56,290 bases of DNA from Gammaproteobacteria bacterium (GTDB lineage: Bacteria; Pseudomonadota; Gammaproteobacteria; QZLD01). The DNA lies in assembly GCA_004796385.1 (NCBI GenBank), contig QZLD01000267.1, positions 1 to 56,290 of the forward strand, given 5' to 3'. Position numbers and translations under genes: made by a program. Of the stretch, positions 46,921 to 55,981 are shown one piece after another. The stretch's first letter is position 1. Each line of letters opens with the position of its first letter. Below the pieces are notes generated by a model. The model searched no databases and was not told the origin of the DNA. It was given only the letters and a program-made list of their open reading frames with translations.

Positions 46921-47988
46921 GTGACAATAAAAGTATTAGTGGTTGATGACTCAGGCTTTTTCAGAAGAAGAATAAAAACTGTATTAGAGCAGGATTCTGA
47001 GATCAAGGTGATTGGAGAGGCTGCCAATGGTGAAGAGGCTGTGGCAAAGGTAAAAGAGTTGCGTCCGGATGTGGTCTCTATGGATGTGCAGATGCCTGTA
47101 ATGGATGGCATTACAGCTGTAAGAGAGATAATGAAAAGCCAACCAACACCATGTTTAATGTTTTCAACTTTGACGTACGAAGGGGCTCAGGCAACACTGG
47201 ATGCTCTTGAGGCAGGAGCAGTCGATTTTCTGCCGAAGAAGTTTGAAGATATCAATAAAGACACGGAAGAGGGTGGTAAGGTACTTCAGGAAAGGGTTAA
47301 GATTATAGGAAAAAGAGGGTTGCGCCTTGCTCATAACCGTACTAAAGATCACGTTGTTGCAGATAGCAAAAAAGTAGCGGCAACAACACATTCGACCAAA
47401 GAGTCTGCAACAGTAAAATTAAACAGATACAATCTTGTAATAATAGGCACATCTACAGGCGGCCCGGTGGCTCTGCAAAAGGTGCTTACATCTCTGCCAT
47501 CCTCCATACCCTGCCCCATAGTTCTGGTGCAACATATGCCGCCTAAATTTACCACTGCCTTTGCTGAGAGAATGAACACTTTGTGTCGAATTGAGGTTAA
47601 AGAAGCAGCAGATGGAGATGTTTTAAAACCGGGAGTTGCGTTTCTTGCTCCGGGCGGAAGACAGCTAGGCTTAAAAAAAGCCGGAGCAGATATGGTTGTA
47701 GAGATATTTGATGCCGGGCCGGAACAAATATACAAGCCATGTGTGGATACCTCTTTTGAAGCAGCGGCAGATGTTTGTCCAGGAAAAACATTGGGTATTA
47801 TACTTACCGGAATGGGACGTGATGGCGCCAAAGGTGCAAAAAAACTTAAAAGTACGGGTGCAACCATCTGGGCACAGGATGAAGAGAGTAGTCTTATTTA
47901 CGGAATGCCTGCTGCTGTAGCTAAGTTGGGACTTGCAGATAAAATTCTTGGGCTTGATGCAATAGCAAATGATCTGGCCAGAGGCTAA
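46921..47988 (+). CDS. cheB: Chemotaxis methylesterase/deamidase CheB
   Basis: The N-terminus is VTIKVLVVDDSGFFRR.. from the GTG at 46921, preceded by AGGGGG. It has a receiver domain plus an esterase domain (IGTSTGGP, HMPP.FT, TGMG.DGA). Confidence 0.9.
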   Translation: MTIKVLVVDDSGFFRRRIKTVLEQDSEIKVIGEAANGEEAVAKVKELRPDVVSMDVQMPVMDGITAVREIMKSQPTPCLMFSTLTYEGAQATLDALEAGAVDFLPKKFEDINKDTEEGGKVLQERVKIIGKRGLRLAHNRTKDHVVADSKKVAATTHSTKESATVKLNRYNLVIIGTSTGGPVALQKVLTSLPSSIPCPIVLVQHMPPKFTTAFAERMNTLCRIEVKEAADGDVLKPGVAFLAPGGRQLGLKKAGADMVVEIFDAGPEQIYKPCVDTSFEAAADVCPGKTLGIILTGMGRDGAKGAKKLKSTGATIWAQDEESSLIYGMPAAVAKLGLADKILGLDAIANDLARG

Positions 47989-48105
47989 TGAATAATTAAC
48001 ACAGAATTGCAAATAAGATTAAATTGCATAAATTAACTTATAGAATTGTTTCATGATTTATGTTTAAGTTCTGTCTGATTTAAAATCAGGAAAGAGCTTG
48101 GCGTT

Positions 48106-50124
48106 ATGCAAAAAACATTTAATCTCAAAAGCGACTATAAGCCCGGAGGAGACCAACCTGCAGCTATTAAAAAATTAGTGGATGGCATAAACAGTGGTTT
48201 GGCACATCAAACCATACTGGGTGTAACCGGTTCCGGGAAAACCTATACCATCGCTAATGTAATAGATAGTTTGCAGCGTCCTGCCCTTATACTTACCCCA
48301 AACAAAACCTTAACAGCACAGTTTTACGGAGAGATGAAAGAGTTCTTTCCGGATAACTCTGTGGAATACTTTGTTTCGTATTACGATTACTATCAGCCGG
48401 AGGCATATGTTCCGGCATCTGATACCTTTATCGAAAAAGACTCATCAATAAACTCGCACATAGAACAGATGCGCTTGTCCGCAACAAAAGCGATACTGGA
48501 AAGAAAAGATACAATAATAGTTGCATCAGTATCATCCATATATGGTTTGGGTGATCCACGTCTCTATATGAGTATGATATTGCATCTTGTCAGGGGAGAG
48601 AAAATAGATCAAAGGCAGATATTAAGACGTTTGGCGGAACTGCAATATACAAGAAATGACATAGAATTCTTCAGGGCGACATTCAGGGTAAGGGGCGATG
48701 TGATCGATATATTTCCTGCAGAGTCGGAGCGTTATGCAGTTCGGGTAGAGCTGTTTGACGACGAGATTGAATCACTTTCATACTTCGACCCCTTAACAGG
48801 AGAAGTTACCAGAAAAGTGCCGCGCCTTACTATTTATCCAAAGACACACTATGTGACGCCAAGGCAGACAATTCTTGATGCCATAGAGCAGATCAAGATA
48901 GAGCTTAAAGAGCGGCTCGAATTTTTCAGGAAAGAGAATCGTTTGGTAGAGGCTCAAAGGCTGGAACAACGAGTGATGTACGATATAGAAATGATGAACG
49001 AGCTTGGCTACTGTTCAGGTATTGAAAATTATTCCCGTTATCTTTCAGGAAGAGGAAACGGCGAAGCTCCTCCTACACTATTTGATTATTTGCCTGATGA
49101 TGCGCTTCTGTTTATTGACGAATCTCATGTTACTGTGCCGCAACTTGGAGCAATGTATAAAGGTGACAGATCGCGTAAAACCACGCTGGTGGATTATGGT
49201 TTCAGATTGCCTTCTGCGCTGGATAACAGGCCCATGCGTTTTGATGAGTTTGAGGATATGAGTCCGCAAACCTGTTATGTTTCTGCTACACCTGGTGAAT
49301 TTGAACTGGAGCAATCAGGATCTGTTGCTGAACTTGTGGTTAGGCCAACAGGACTGGTAGATCCGGAAATAGAGATCAGACCGGCAACAACTCAGGTGGA
49401 TGATCTCTTTTCAGAAATAAATAAAATTGCCGAAGTGGGCGAAAGGGTTCTCGTTACAACCCTTACCAAAAGAATGTCTGAAGACCTGACTGATTTTCTG
49501 CATGAGAATGGAGTAAGAGTAAGATATCTTCACTCGGATATTGACACAGTAGAGCGTATGGAGATCATAAGAGATCTGCGTCTTGGGGAGTTTGACGTTC
49601 TGGTGGGTATTAACCTGTTGCGCGAGGGATTGGATCTGCCGGAAGTATCTCTTGTGGCTATTCTGGATGCTGATAAAGAGGGGTTTTTAAGATCGGAAAG
49701 ATCTTTGATCCAGACCATCGGCAGAGCCGCCAGAAACGCAAACGGCAGAGCTATTCTCTATGCGGACAAAATCACAGGGTCAATGCAACGAGCGATAGAT
49801 GAAACCGAACGACGGCGCGTGAAACAGATAGAATATAACAAGGAACACAATATAACTCCGCAGACCATAATAAAAAATATTGCCGATGTTATGGAGGGGG
49901 CAAGAGGAGATGCAGCATCCAAGAACAGCTCGAAAAAATCTGTAAAAGAGCTTCTCAAGGTTGCAGAAGAGCAAGGGCAATACGCAGCTATGACGCCGGA
50001 AAAAAGAGCCAAAGAGATAGATAAAATGGAAAAGAGAATGCAGCAGCACGCCAGAGATCTGGAATTTGAAGAGGCAGCTGCACTTCGGGATAAAATTTCG
50101 GAGCTAAAAAAAGGATTCTTATAA
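48106..50124 (+). CDS. uvrB: Excinuclease ABC subunit B
   Basis: 672 aa. Motifs are [18 protein letters not shown] and DESH, with helicase motifs and the C-terminal UVR motif ([13 protein letters not shown]). Confidence 0.96.
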   Translation: MQKTFNLKSDYKPGGDQPAAIKKLVDGINSGLAHQTILGVTGSGKTYTIANVIDSLQRPALILTPNKTLTAQFYGEMKEFFPDNSVEYFVSYYDYYQPEAYVPASDTFIEKDSSINSHIEQMRLSATKAILERKDTIIVASVSSIYGLGDPRLYMSMILHLVRGEKIDQRQILRRLAELQYTRNDIEFFRATFRVRGDVIDIFPAESERYAVRVELFDDEIESLSYFDPLTGEVTRKVPRLTIYPKTHYVTPRQTILDAIEQIKIELKERLEFFRKENRLVEAQRLEQRVMYDIEMMNELGYCSGIENYSRYLSGRGNGEAPPTLFDYLPDDALLFIDESHVTVPQLGAMYKGDRSRKTTLVDYGFRLPSALDNRPMRFDEFEDMSPQTCYVSATPGEFELEQSGSVAELVVRPTGLVDPEIEIRPATTQVDDLFSEINKIAEVGERVLVTTLTKRMSEDLTDFLHENGVRVRYLHSDIDTVERMEIIRDLRLGEFDVLVGINLLREGLDLPEVSLVAILDADKEGFLRSERSLIQTIGRAARNANGRAILYADKITGSMQRAIDETERRRVKQIEYNKEHNITPQTIIKNIADVMEGARGDAASKNSSKKSVKELLKVAEEQGQYAAMTPEKRAKEIDKMEKRMQQHARDLEFEEAAALRDKISELKKGFL

Positions 50125-50224
50125 TATACTGTTTTTGATAATAGAGCGAATCACATAGCTTTAGTCGTTTTGAATTTTCTTTTATGTCAGCTCTTTCAGA
50201 TAATCATACCCGAATTCAAGTAAT

Positions 50225-50278
50225 AAGAGCTAATACCGCACTCACATTTGCTTTGTTCGAACACGCTAAATACATCCC
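50225..50278 (+). repeat. 54-nt interspersed element, copy B (partner at 31850..31903)
   Basis: 45/54 ungapped identity to copy A, in the same orientation. It lies inside the unsupported 66-aa track ORF 50184..50384. Confidence 0.8.
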
Positions 50279-50285
50279 TGTTGCT

Positions 50286-50319
50286 CGTCTGCGACCATCA
50301 TTGGTTGCAGACGGTTTTC
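50286..50319 (+). terminator. Strong hairpin with a short T-run, 160 nt downstream of uvrB and 8 nt after repeat copy B
   Basis: CGTCTGCGACCA (50286-50297) pairs with TGGTTGCAGACG (50302-50313). This is 12 bp including one G-U pair, with a 4-nt loop, followed by GTTTTC. Confidence 0.5.
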
Positions 50320-50630
50320 AAAAGCAAATTCAATTGCGTCTTAAACATGGTTTTCTTATAGAGGGGGAACAAGCAGAAATTTAAAAAATGAAACGGCAAA
50401 TCAAGTACCAAAGTACCATTGTTCATATTAGCGATGTTCGATATTCTGAAATTTAGCGACTTCCTACAATAAAAATGGATAGTCGCTGTATTTGAATCGG
50501 TAGATATGTTTGAACTGTTTTTTATTTGCTGGATTATAGGAAATAGTTTGTTACAAGCAGAATAGTTTACACGTATCAATATTTATAAGTTATTTGAATT
50601 TATAAAGTTAAAAATTATGGGAGCTTGATA

Positions 50631-53600
50631 GTGAACTTTAAAAAAACATTATTCTGCACATTGGTTGGCTTTTTAATAGCTCCATTGGTTAACGGGGCCT
50701 CCTATATAGGGGATGAAGAGTATCCTTGGTATATGCACGAGGAGATAGGTGATGGAAGTGCTTCCATGCTTATTCTTGATAATTCTCCTTATATGGCAAG
50801 CGAAGTTCTTTATAATAACGAAACTGGTTATGAATATACGAAACTGCATGATGTAGAAAAAATAGATTACTCATCTCCTAATCCTCATAACCTTACATGC
50901 GCCGGATATAACCTTCTTGCCTATAATCCCGAGCTTATTTATGTGCCTTGGGCTGGAGTTGATGTGTCTGGTGCTTCGTTTAAGGATTATCGCACTGGTA
51001 GTTATCCTTATACAAGTGTTAGAAAAGATCCGTATCTGCCAGATAATGTTGATCCAGACAATACGAAATGGTTTTCCAGTCTTCATAAGTGGAGTATTTC
51101 TGGAGGAATTCATGGGATTAACCAGGAAGATCTAACGACTCATGTTTTTTATAAGTGGACAGGATCTATGAATTACCAATTTATAAAATATGATGAGGAT
51201 GAGTGTAGTGGTGTGGCTACCTCTTTTAATGATTTGACAGAGGAAGAGAAGGGTAACTACGCCAATTGGTTTGTCTATTACAGAACAAGAAGGCATGTAT
51301 CCAGAGCTATTGCATCTAATGTTATTGCCAAAGTTGACGGGCCTCTTGGGATGAACACAGTAGGTATTGCTTATAATGAGCAGATTTGGGGGCCATTGGT
51401 TGACTTAAGGGGTGTCTCTGAGAATGATGGAAGAAGAATAAATATGATACACAACGCAATGGCTCTTACTGCAGAGGATGTAGGTCATCCGGAAACGAAC
51501 GGGCATCATGTGTCTGCTTTAGCGGCAACATTTCAATATATGCAGCACGGTTCTCAGGCGATTAATATTGTCCAGGCTTCAGCATTTAATCCAATGTCAA
51601 TGGAGTTGACATATTCTGTTCGTAAAGATGAAAGGCCAATGGAGACTATTTTTGACGGAAATGTTTGTAATATTGGTCGTATGATAATGATTTCACCAAG
51701 TGGTTTTGTTGGTGATGGTGGTAATAATAGATTGCAGGCATGGGGTATTCCATGCGAACCAATGCTGGGTATCGGAAACACCCCAATTCCCAGGGCTGAT
51801 CACTGTGTAGGTGGATTGGCGGGTATTGGTGACGCTGATTCTGGATATGGTAGAAGGGATTCGGATTATGACCAAGGGTTTTATTCCGGCCCTCCATTTA
51901 GTTCAGATTTAAGCGCTCATACTTTGGCAGATATAACAATGCACTATTATGAAATGGATATGAGTAAGCATACTTTGGGTGAAGGGAATCCAAAGGTAAG
52001 AGAAAAAGAGAGTGATCCTCATTTTATTACCGATATGGCCGGATTTGGTGTTTCAACTCCAAAGATTGAGGCGGGTTATAGCGCAATAACAACAAATTAC
52101 TGGAATGATCCATATTCTGGAGGAGTAGTTGATAGATTGGATGATGTTTTTCATGCTGCATATAATGGCAGAGGTATATTTATTAGTCCGAGGTTTCCTG
52201 CTGAGCTTGTTGGTTTGATAGCAGGGCAAGCATCACAAGTAAACGCAGTTGGTGAATGGGGGCAGCGTTATGCTTCAACAGCAGGCAGGGTTGCTAAAGT
52301 AGAGGCGGCTGTTATTTCCGATACTATAGTCCCTTCATCACTAATTCCGACTCTTTCCGATCACTGGTTTTTTGCCGGAGAGTATATGACAGGAACATGG
52401 TCTGGTGATCTAAAGGCATATCACTATTCGCAAACGCAGAATAAATATGGCAAGTTTTCGACTTCTTCTACTAATTTCTCAAAAGGGAATGTGGCAGATG
52501 GGCATGTCTGGAGTGCAGAGGAAAAATTGAAAGCGGATTTAACCAATGATGACGTTATAGAGTGGGGAAATAGAAAAGTATTTACCTTGGGTAATGCTGG
52601 TTCAGGAGTTTTATTTTCAACCGACCTTAATTCATCAGATAAATCAAAAATGATAAATGAAAAAATGGTCGATACAAATGATAGTGGTTCAGCTGATGGT
52701 GGTGATGTTGATGATCTGATTAATTATATAAAAGGAGATTCTTCCAATGAGTCATATGAAATGCTGCGTCCGAGAAGTTCGCTTATAGGGGATATTATTA
52801 ACTCAAATCCAACCTATGTAGATGGTAGTACTCCAATGGTTTATGTTGGATCAAACGATGGTATGCTTCATGGATTTGATGCAAAAACAGGAAGCGAAAT
52901 TTTTGCATATGTTCCGGCAACACTATTTCCGGAGCTTTATAAATTAGGTCTTACTGAAGATTTTAAACACAAAATGATGGTTGACGGGCCTGTTTCTGTA
53001 TATGACGTTGGCAGCAAGAAGATGCTTTTTAGTGGTTTAGGTCATGGAGGTAAAGGGTATTTTGCTCTTAATGTTACCAATCCCAAAGCTTCAGCTTCTT
53101 CAATTGTTGAATGGGAAATTAATAGTGACAACTCTGAATACTCTGACATGGGATATACCTTTGCAACACTAAAAGTTATAGAGGTGGGCGGACAGAAATA
53201 CGGGCTTATTGCCAATGGGTATGATAGTGACAATGGCAATGCTGTTTTGTATCTGGTTGATCTGGCAGATGGCAGCAAGGTTGGGGCTGTGTCAATAAGC
53301 GGAGGAGGGGGGTTATCCACTCCTGCTGTTGTTGTTAAGAGCAGTAGTGAAGTATATGCCTATGCAGGAGCTATGGATGGAAATGTTTATAAATTCAAGG
53401 TTTCACTTACAGCATCCGGGGCAATTTTAAACGGTTCTTCCAGCCCATTTTATGATGGAAGCTCAGATCAGCCGATAACGGTTGAACCGGCCATTGTCAG
53501 GAACCATCCGGCAACAGGTGAACAGGGTGTTTTAATAGCTTTTGGAACAGGTAGATATCTTACGAAAGAAGATCATAACGATGGTAGCGAGAATGCAAAA

Positions 53601-54434
53601 AACCAGATTGGAGAAAATATTCCTGCGCCGAAAACTCAGGCAATTTATGTTATTGGTGATCACGATGTTTCAGATATGACCGGTGGTAATTTTGGCAGTA
53701 GCTCTTTATTGCAAAGAACATATAGTGAAGTTAGTTCAGGTGATAATGAATACCGAATAAGTGATTATCCGTTAGAAGAAGGCAAGGCAAACTTTGCTTT
53801 ATGGGGTAAAGATAACTGGTTTGATGGTAATGACGGTACGATGCGTGGTTGGTATATTGAGCTGAGTCATGCTGAAAGAGTTATCAGCAAACCATATATA
53901 TTTGCACATAAAACGACTGAATTTAAAATCGAAGATAGTGATGATAATGATAACCAGACAAACTATCAGGCCGGCATAGTTGTTTTCAGTACTCTTATTC
54001 CTGGTTGTAATGAATGTGATAATGCTACAAGCGGATGGTTAATGGCATTAAGAGCTTATGACGGTAAGGCAAACTATATGAGCTTTGATACCACTGATGA
54101 TCACGTTCTTAATGATAGTAATTCCGATGCTGAAAAAAAGGGTGGTTCTGCAACAACGGGTTATTGCGGAATAAAGCAGGATGATGGACAATTTGCAGTT
54201 TCCGGTTTTACTATGGTGAAGAGACTTAATGATACTTACGAGGCCAAATTCAGAGAAGATGATAATAAACCGAATGGAGATAATTTTGGTACTGTTGACC
54301 TTGTTGGTGTGGCGGCAGGAAAAACAAAAATATATAACGTGACCATAAGAAATAATGATATTGGTGATAAGCCTGATGAAAATCCACCTGCACCAAGAAG
54401 AATAAGCTGGAAAGAGTTAAGAAGGAATCATTAG
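50631..54434 (+). CDS. PilY1/PilC-family type IV pilus tip-associated protein homologue
   Basis: About 1267 aa from the GTG at 50631, with GGGAG 7 nt upstream and signal peptide VNFKKTLFCTLVGFLIAPLVNGA. The PilY1-type propeller signatures are LIGDIINSNPTYV, VYVGSNDGMLHGFDAKTGSEIFAYVP and GGKGYFALNVTNP. The N-terminal vWA-like start reads MLILDNSPYM. Confidence 0.8.
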   Translation: MNFKKTLFCTLVGFLIAPLVNGASYIGDEEYPWYMHEEIGDGSASMLILDNSPYMASEVLYNNETGYEYTKLHDVEKIDYSSPNPHNLTCAGYNLLAYNPELIYVPWAGVDVSGASFKDYRTGSYPYTSVRKDPYLPDNVDPDNTKWFSSLHKWSISGGIHGINQEDLTTHVFYKWTGSMNYQFIKYDEDECSGVATSFNDLTEEEKGNYANWFVYYRTRRHVSRAIASNVIAKVDGPLGMNTVGIAYNEQIWGPLVDLRGVSENDGRRINMIHNAMALTAEDVGHPETNGHHVSALAATFQYMQHGSQAINIVQASAFNPMSMELTYSVRKDERPMETIFDGNVCNIGRMIMISPSGFVGDGGNNRLQAWGIPCEPMLGIGNTPIPRADHCVGGLAGIGDADSGYGRRDSDYDQGFYSGPPFSSDLSAHTLADITMHYYEMDMSKHTLGEGNPKVREKESDPHFITDMAGFGVSTPKIEAGYSAITTNYWNDPYSGGVVDRLDDVFHAAYNGRGIFISPRFPAELVGLIAGQASQVNAVGEWGQRYASTAGRVAKVEAAVISDTIVPSSLIPTLSDHWFFAGEYMTGTWSGDLKAYHYSQTQNKYGKFSTSSTNFSKGNVADGHVWSAEEKLKADLTNDDVIEWGNRKVFTLGNAGSGVLFSTDLNSSDKSKMINEKMVDTNDSGSADGGDVDDLINYIKGDSSNESYEMLRPRSSLIGDIINSNPTYVDGSTPMVYVGSNDGMLHGFDAKTGSEIFAYVPATLFPELYKLGLTEDFKHKMMVDGPVSVYDVGSKKMLFSGLGHGGKGYFALNVTNPKASASSIVEWEINSDNSEYSDMGYTFATLKVIEVGGQKYGLIANGYDSDNGNAVLYLVDLADGSKVGAVSISGGGGLSTPAVVVKSSSEVYAYAGAMDGNVYKFKVSLTASGAILNGSSSPFYDGSSDQPITVEPAIVRNHPATGEQGVLIAFGTGRYLTKEDHNDGSENAKNQIGENIPAPKTQAIYVIGDHDVSDMTGGNFGSSSLLQRTYSEVSSGDNEYRISDYPLEEGKANFALWGKDNWFDGNDGTMRGWYIELSHAERVISKPYIFAHKTTEFKIEDSDDNDNQTNYQAGIVVFSTLIPGCNECDNATSGWLMALRAYDGKANYMSFDTTDDHVLNDSNSDAEKKGGSATTGYCGIKQDDGQFAVSGFTMVKRLNDTYEAKFREDDNKPNGDNFGTVDLVGVAAGKTKIYNVTIRNNDIGDKPDENPPAPRRISWKELRRNH

Positions 54435-54527
54435 TTTTGTACATTAATAGTAATTAATTGCCATCCCCTTTACTTTCTTCTGGAAAGGGGGAAAATTTAT
54501 CTTGTACAATCACGATATTTTTAAAGT

Positions 54528-54570
54528 ATTCGGTATCGGTTTTAAAAACCAATACCGAATTTTATTTTTT
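54528..54570 (+). terminator. Rho-independent terminator after the pilY1-like gene
   Basis: ATTCGGTATCGGTTTT and AAAACCAATACCGAAT form a stem with 15/16 bp paired and a minimal loop, followed by TTTATTTTTT. A weaker hairpin (CCCCTTT..AAAGGGG) lies at 54465-54490. Confidence 0.75.
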
Positions 54571-54583
54571 GGAGAACGGGTAA

Positions 54584-55921
54584 ATGGGCAAGGCGAGAAA
54601 AAGAAGGCAGAAAAAACTCTCAGCGGAACCAGTAGAGACAGTAATAGAAAATCTGAGTCACGAAGGTAGGGGTGTTGCCAGAATAGAAGGTAAAACGGTT
54701 TTTGTTGCCTGTGCTTTGGCGGGAGAGAAGCTTCGGTTTAAATATACCAAAGTAAACAGAAGATTCGATGAGGGTATGGCAGAGAGCATACTTGAGCCAT
54801 CCCCAATAAGAGTAGAACCTGAATGTGAGTTTTTTTCAGTGTGCGGAGGTTGCAACTTGCAACATATGCAAGCGGAAGAGCAGATCAAATTTAAGCAAAG
54901 TGTTTTGCTGGAAAATTTTGAACATATAGGTAAGGTTGTCCCGGAAGAGATATTGGAGCCTTTGACGGGGCCTGTTTGGAACTACAGGCATAAGGCGCGA
55001 TTGGGGGTTAAATATGTGCCTAAAAAAGGGCGGGTGCTGGTAGGTTTCAGAGAGAAGTTTTCTCCCTATGTTGCAGATATGATCTCATGCAAGGTTCTGC
55101 ACGAGAGTGTTGGTGAAAAACTTCATCTGTTATCTGGGCTGATAGAAACTCTGTCAATTAAAGATAAGATACCGCAGATCGAAGTTGCCATTGGTGATAA
55201 TGAGTGCAGCATGATTTTTAGAGTATTGGAATCCCTATCCGAAGAAGATATTTCTAAATTGATAGCCTTTGGTGACGAGCAAAATATCCGTATTCTCCAG
55301 CAACCGCAGGGGCCGGACTCTGTGCAGCCTATTACTGATAATGCAGACGACCTGCTCTGCTACATAATCGAAAAACACAATGTCGATTTCTACTTTAAGG
55401 CAAATGATTTTACCCAGATAAATCCGCAGATTAACCGAAAGATGATTGATCGCGCCATTGAATTTCTTGATCTGCAAAAAGAGGATATTGTGCTCGATCT
55501 GTTTTGCGGTTTGGGGAATTTTACCTTGCCGATTTCAAGATATGTCGACAGAATAATCGGTGTAGAGGGTGATGATGACCTAGTTGAAAGGGCCAAAGAG
55601 AATGCTTGTAAAAACGGCATTGATAATGCCTCTTTTTACAAAGCTGATTTGACTCAGGATCTGGCAGGGCATAGCTGGTTGCAGGAGAAGCCGAATAAGA
55701 TACTGATTGATCCCCCACGTTCAGGAGCAATAGAGGTGATACCGCAGATAATATCCATGAAGCCACAGAAGATACTATATATCTCCTGTCATCCTGCCAC
55801 CCTTGCCCGTGATGCCGGAGTGCTGGTAAATGACCATGGTTATAAATTGGTAAAGGCCGGGGTTATGGATATGTTTCCTCATACTGCTCATGTTGAATCA
55901 ATAGCTCTGTTTGAAAAGTGA
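54584..55921 (+). CDS. rlmD: 23S rRNA (uracil1939-C5)-methyltransferase RlmD (RumA)
   Basis: 445 aa. It has a TRAM domain (HEGRGVARIEGKTVFV), an Fe-S Cys motif (CEFFSVCGGCNLQH ... C) and a SAM fold (LDLFCGLGNFTLP, DPPRSGA, YISCHPATLARD). Confidence 0.9.
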   Translation: MGKARKRRQKKLSAEPVETVIENLSHEGRGVARIEGKTVFVACALAGEKLRFKYTKVNRRFDEGMAESILEPSPIRVEPECEFFSVCGGCNLQHMQAEEQIKFKQSVLLENFEHIGKVVPEEILEPLTGPVWNYRHKARLGVKYVPKKGRVLVGFREKFSPYVADMISCKVLHESVGEKLHLLSGLIETLSIKDKIPQIEVAIGDNECSMIFRVLESLSEEDISKLIAFGDEQNIRILQQPQGPDSVQPITDNADDLLCYIIEKHNVDFYFKANDFTQINPQINRKMIDRAIEFLDLQKEDIVLDLFCGLGNFTLPISRYVDRIIGVEGDDDLVERAKENACKNGIDNASFYKADLTQDLAGHSWLQEKPNKILIDPPRSGAIEVIPQIISMKPQKILYISCHPATLARDAGVLVNDHGYKLVKAGVMDMFPHTAHVESIALFEK

Positions 55922-55981
55922 TTAGCTGCGTTTTTGTATGGTAGAATCCCCCGGATTTTTTAGTTAGAGGAATTATGCCCA

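Noticed and set aside
48075-48089. A perfect palindrome, CTGATTTAAAATCAG, lies 17 nt upstream of the uvrB start. I considered it as a LexA SOS box.
   Set aside because: The gammaproteobacterial SOS box is CTGT-N8-ACAG, with CTG and CAG separated by 10 nt. Here the spacing is 9 nt and the inner T/A positions do not fit. The alternative register starting at CTG 48071 has no CAG partner. It overlaps the likely ribosome-binding region, so I cannot call it an operator without a genome-wide motif search.
31850-50278. I considered whether the two direct 54-nt repeats are attL/attR ends of an 18-kb integrated element.
   Set aside because: The enclosed DNA is core flagellar export and chemotaxis genes plus uvrB. 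There is no integrase, transposase or phage gene, and the repeats are only 83 percent identical. An insertion-boundary interpretation is not supported.
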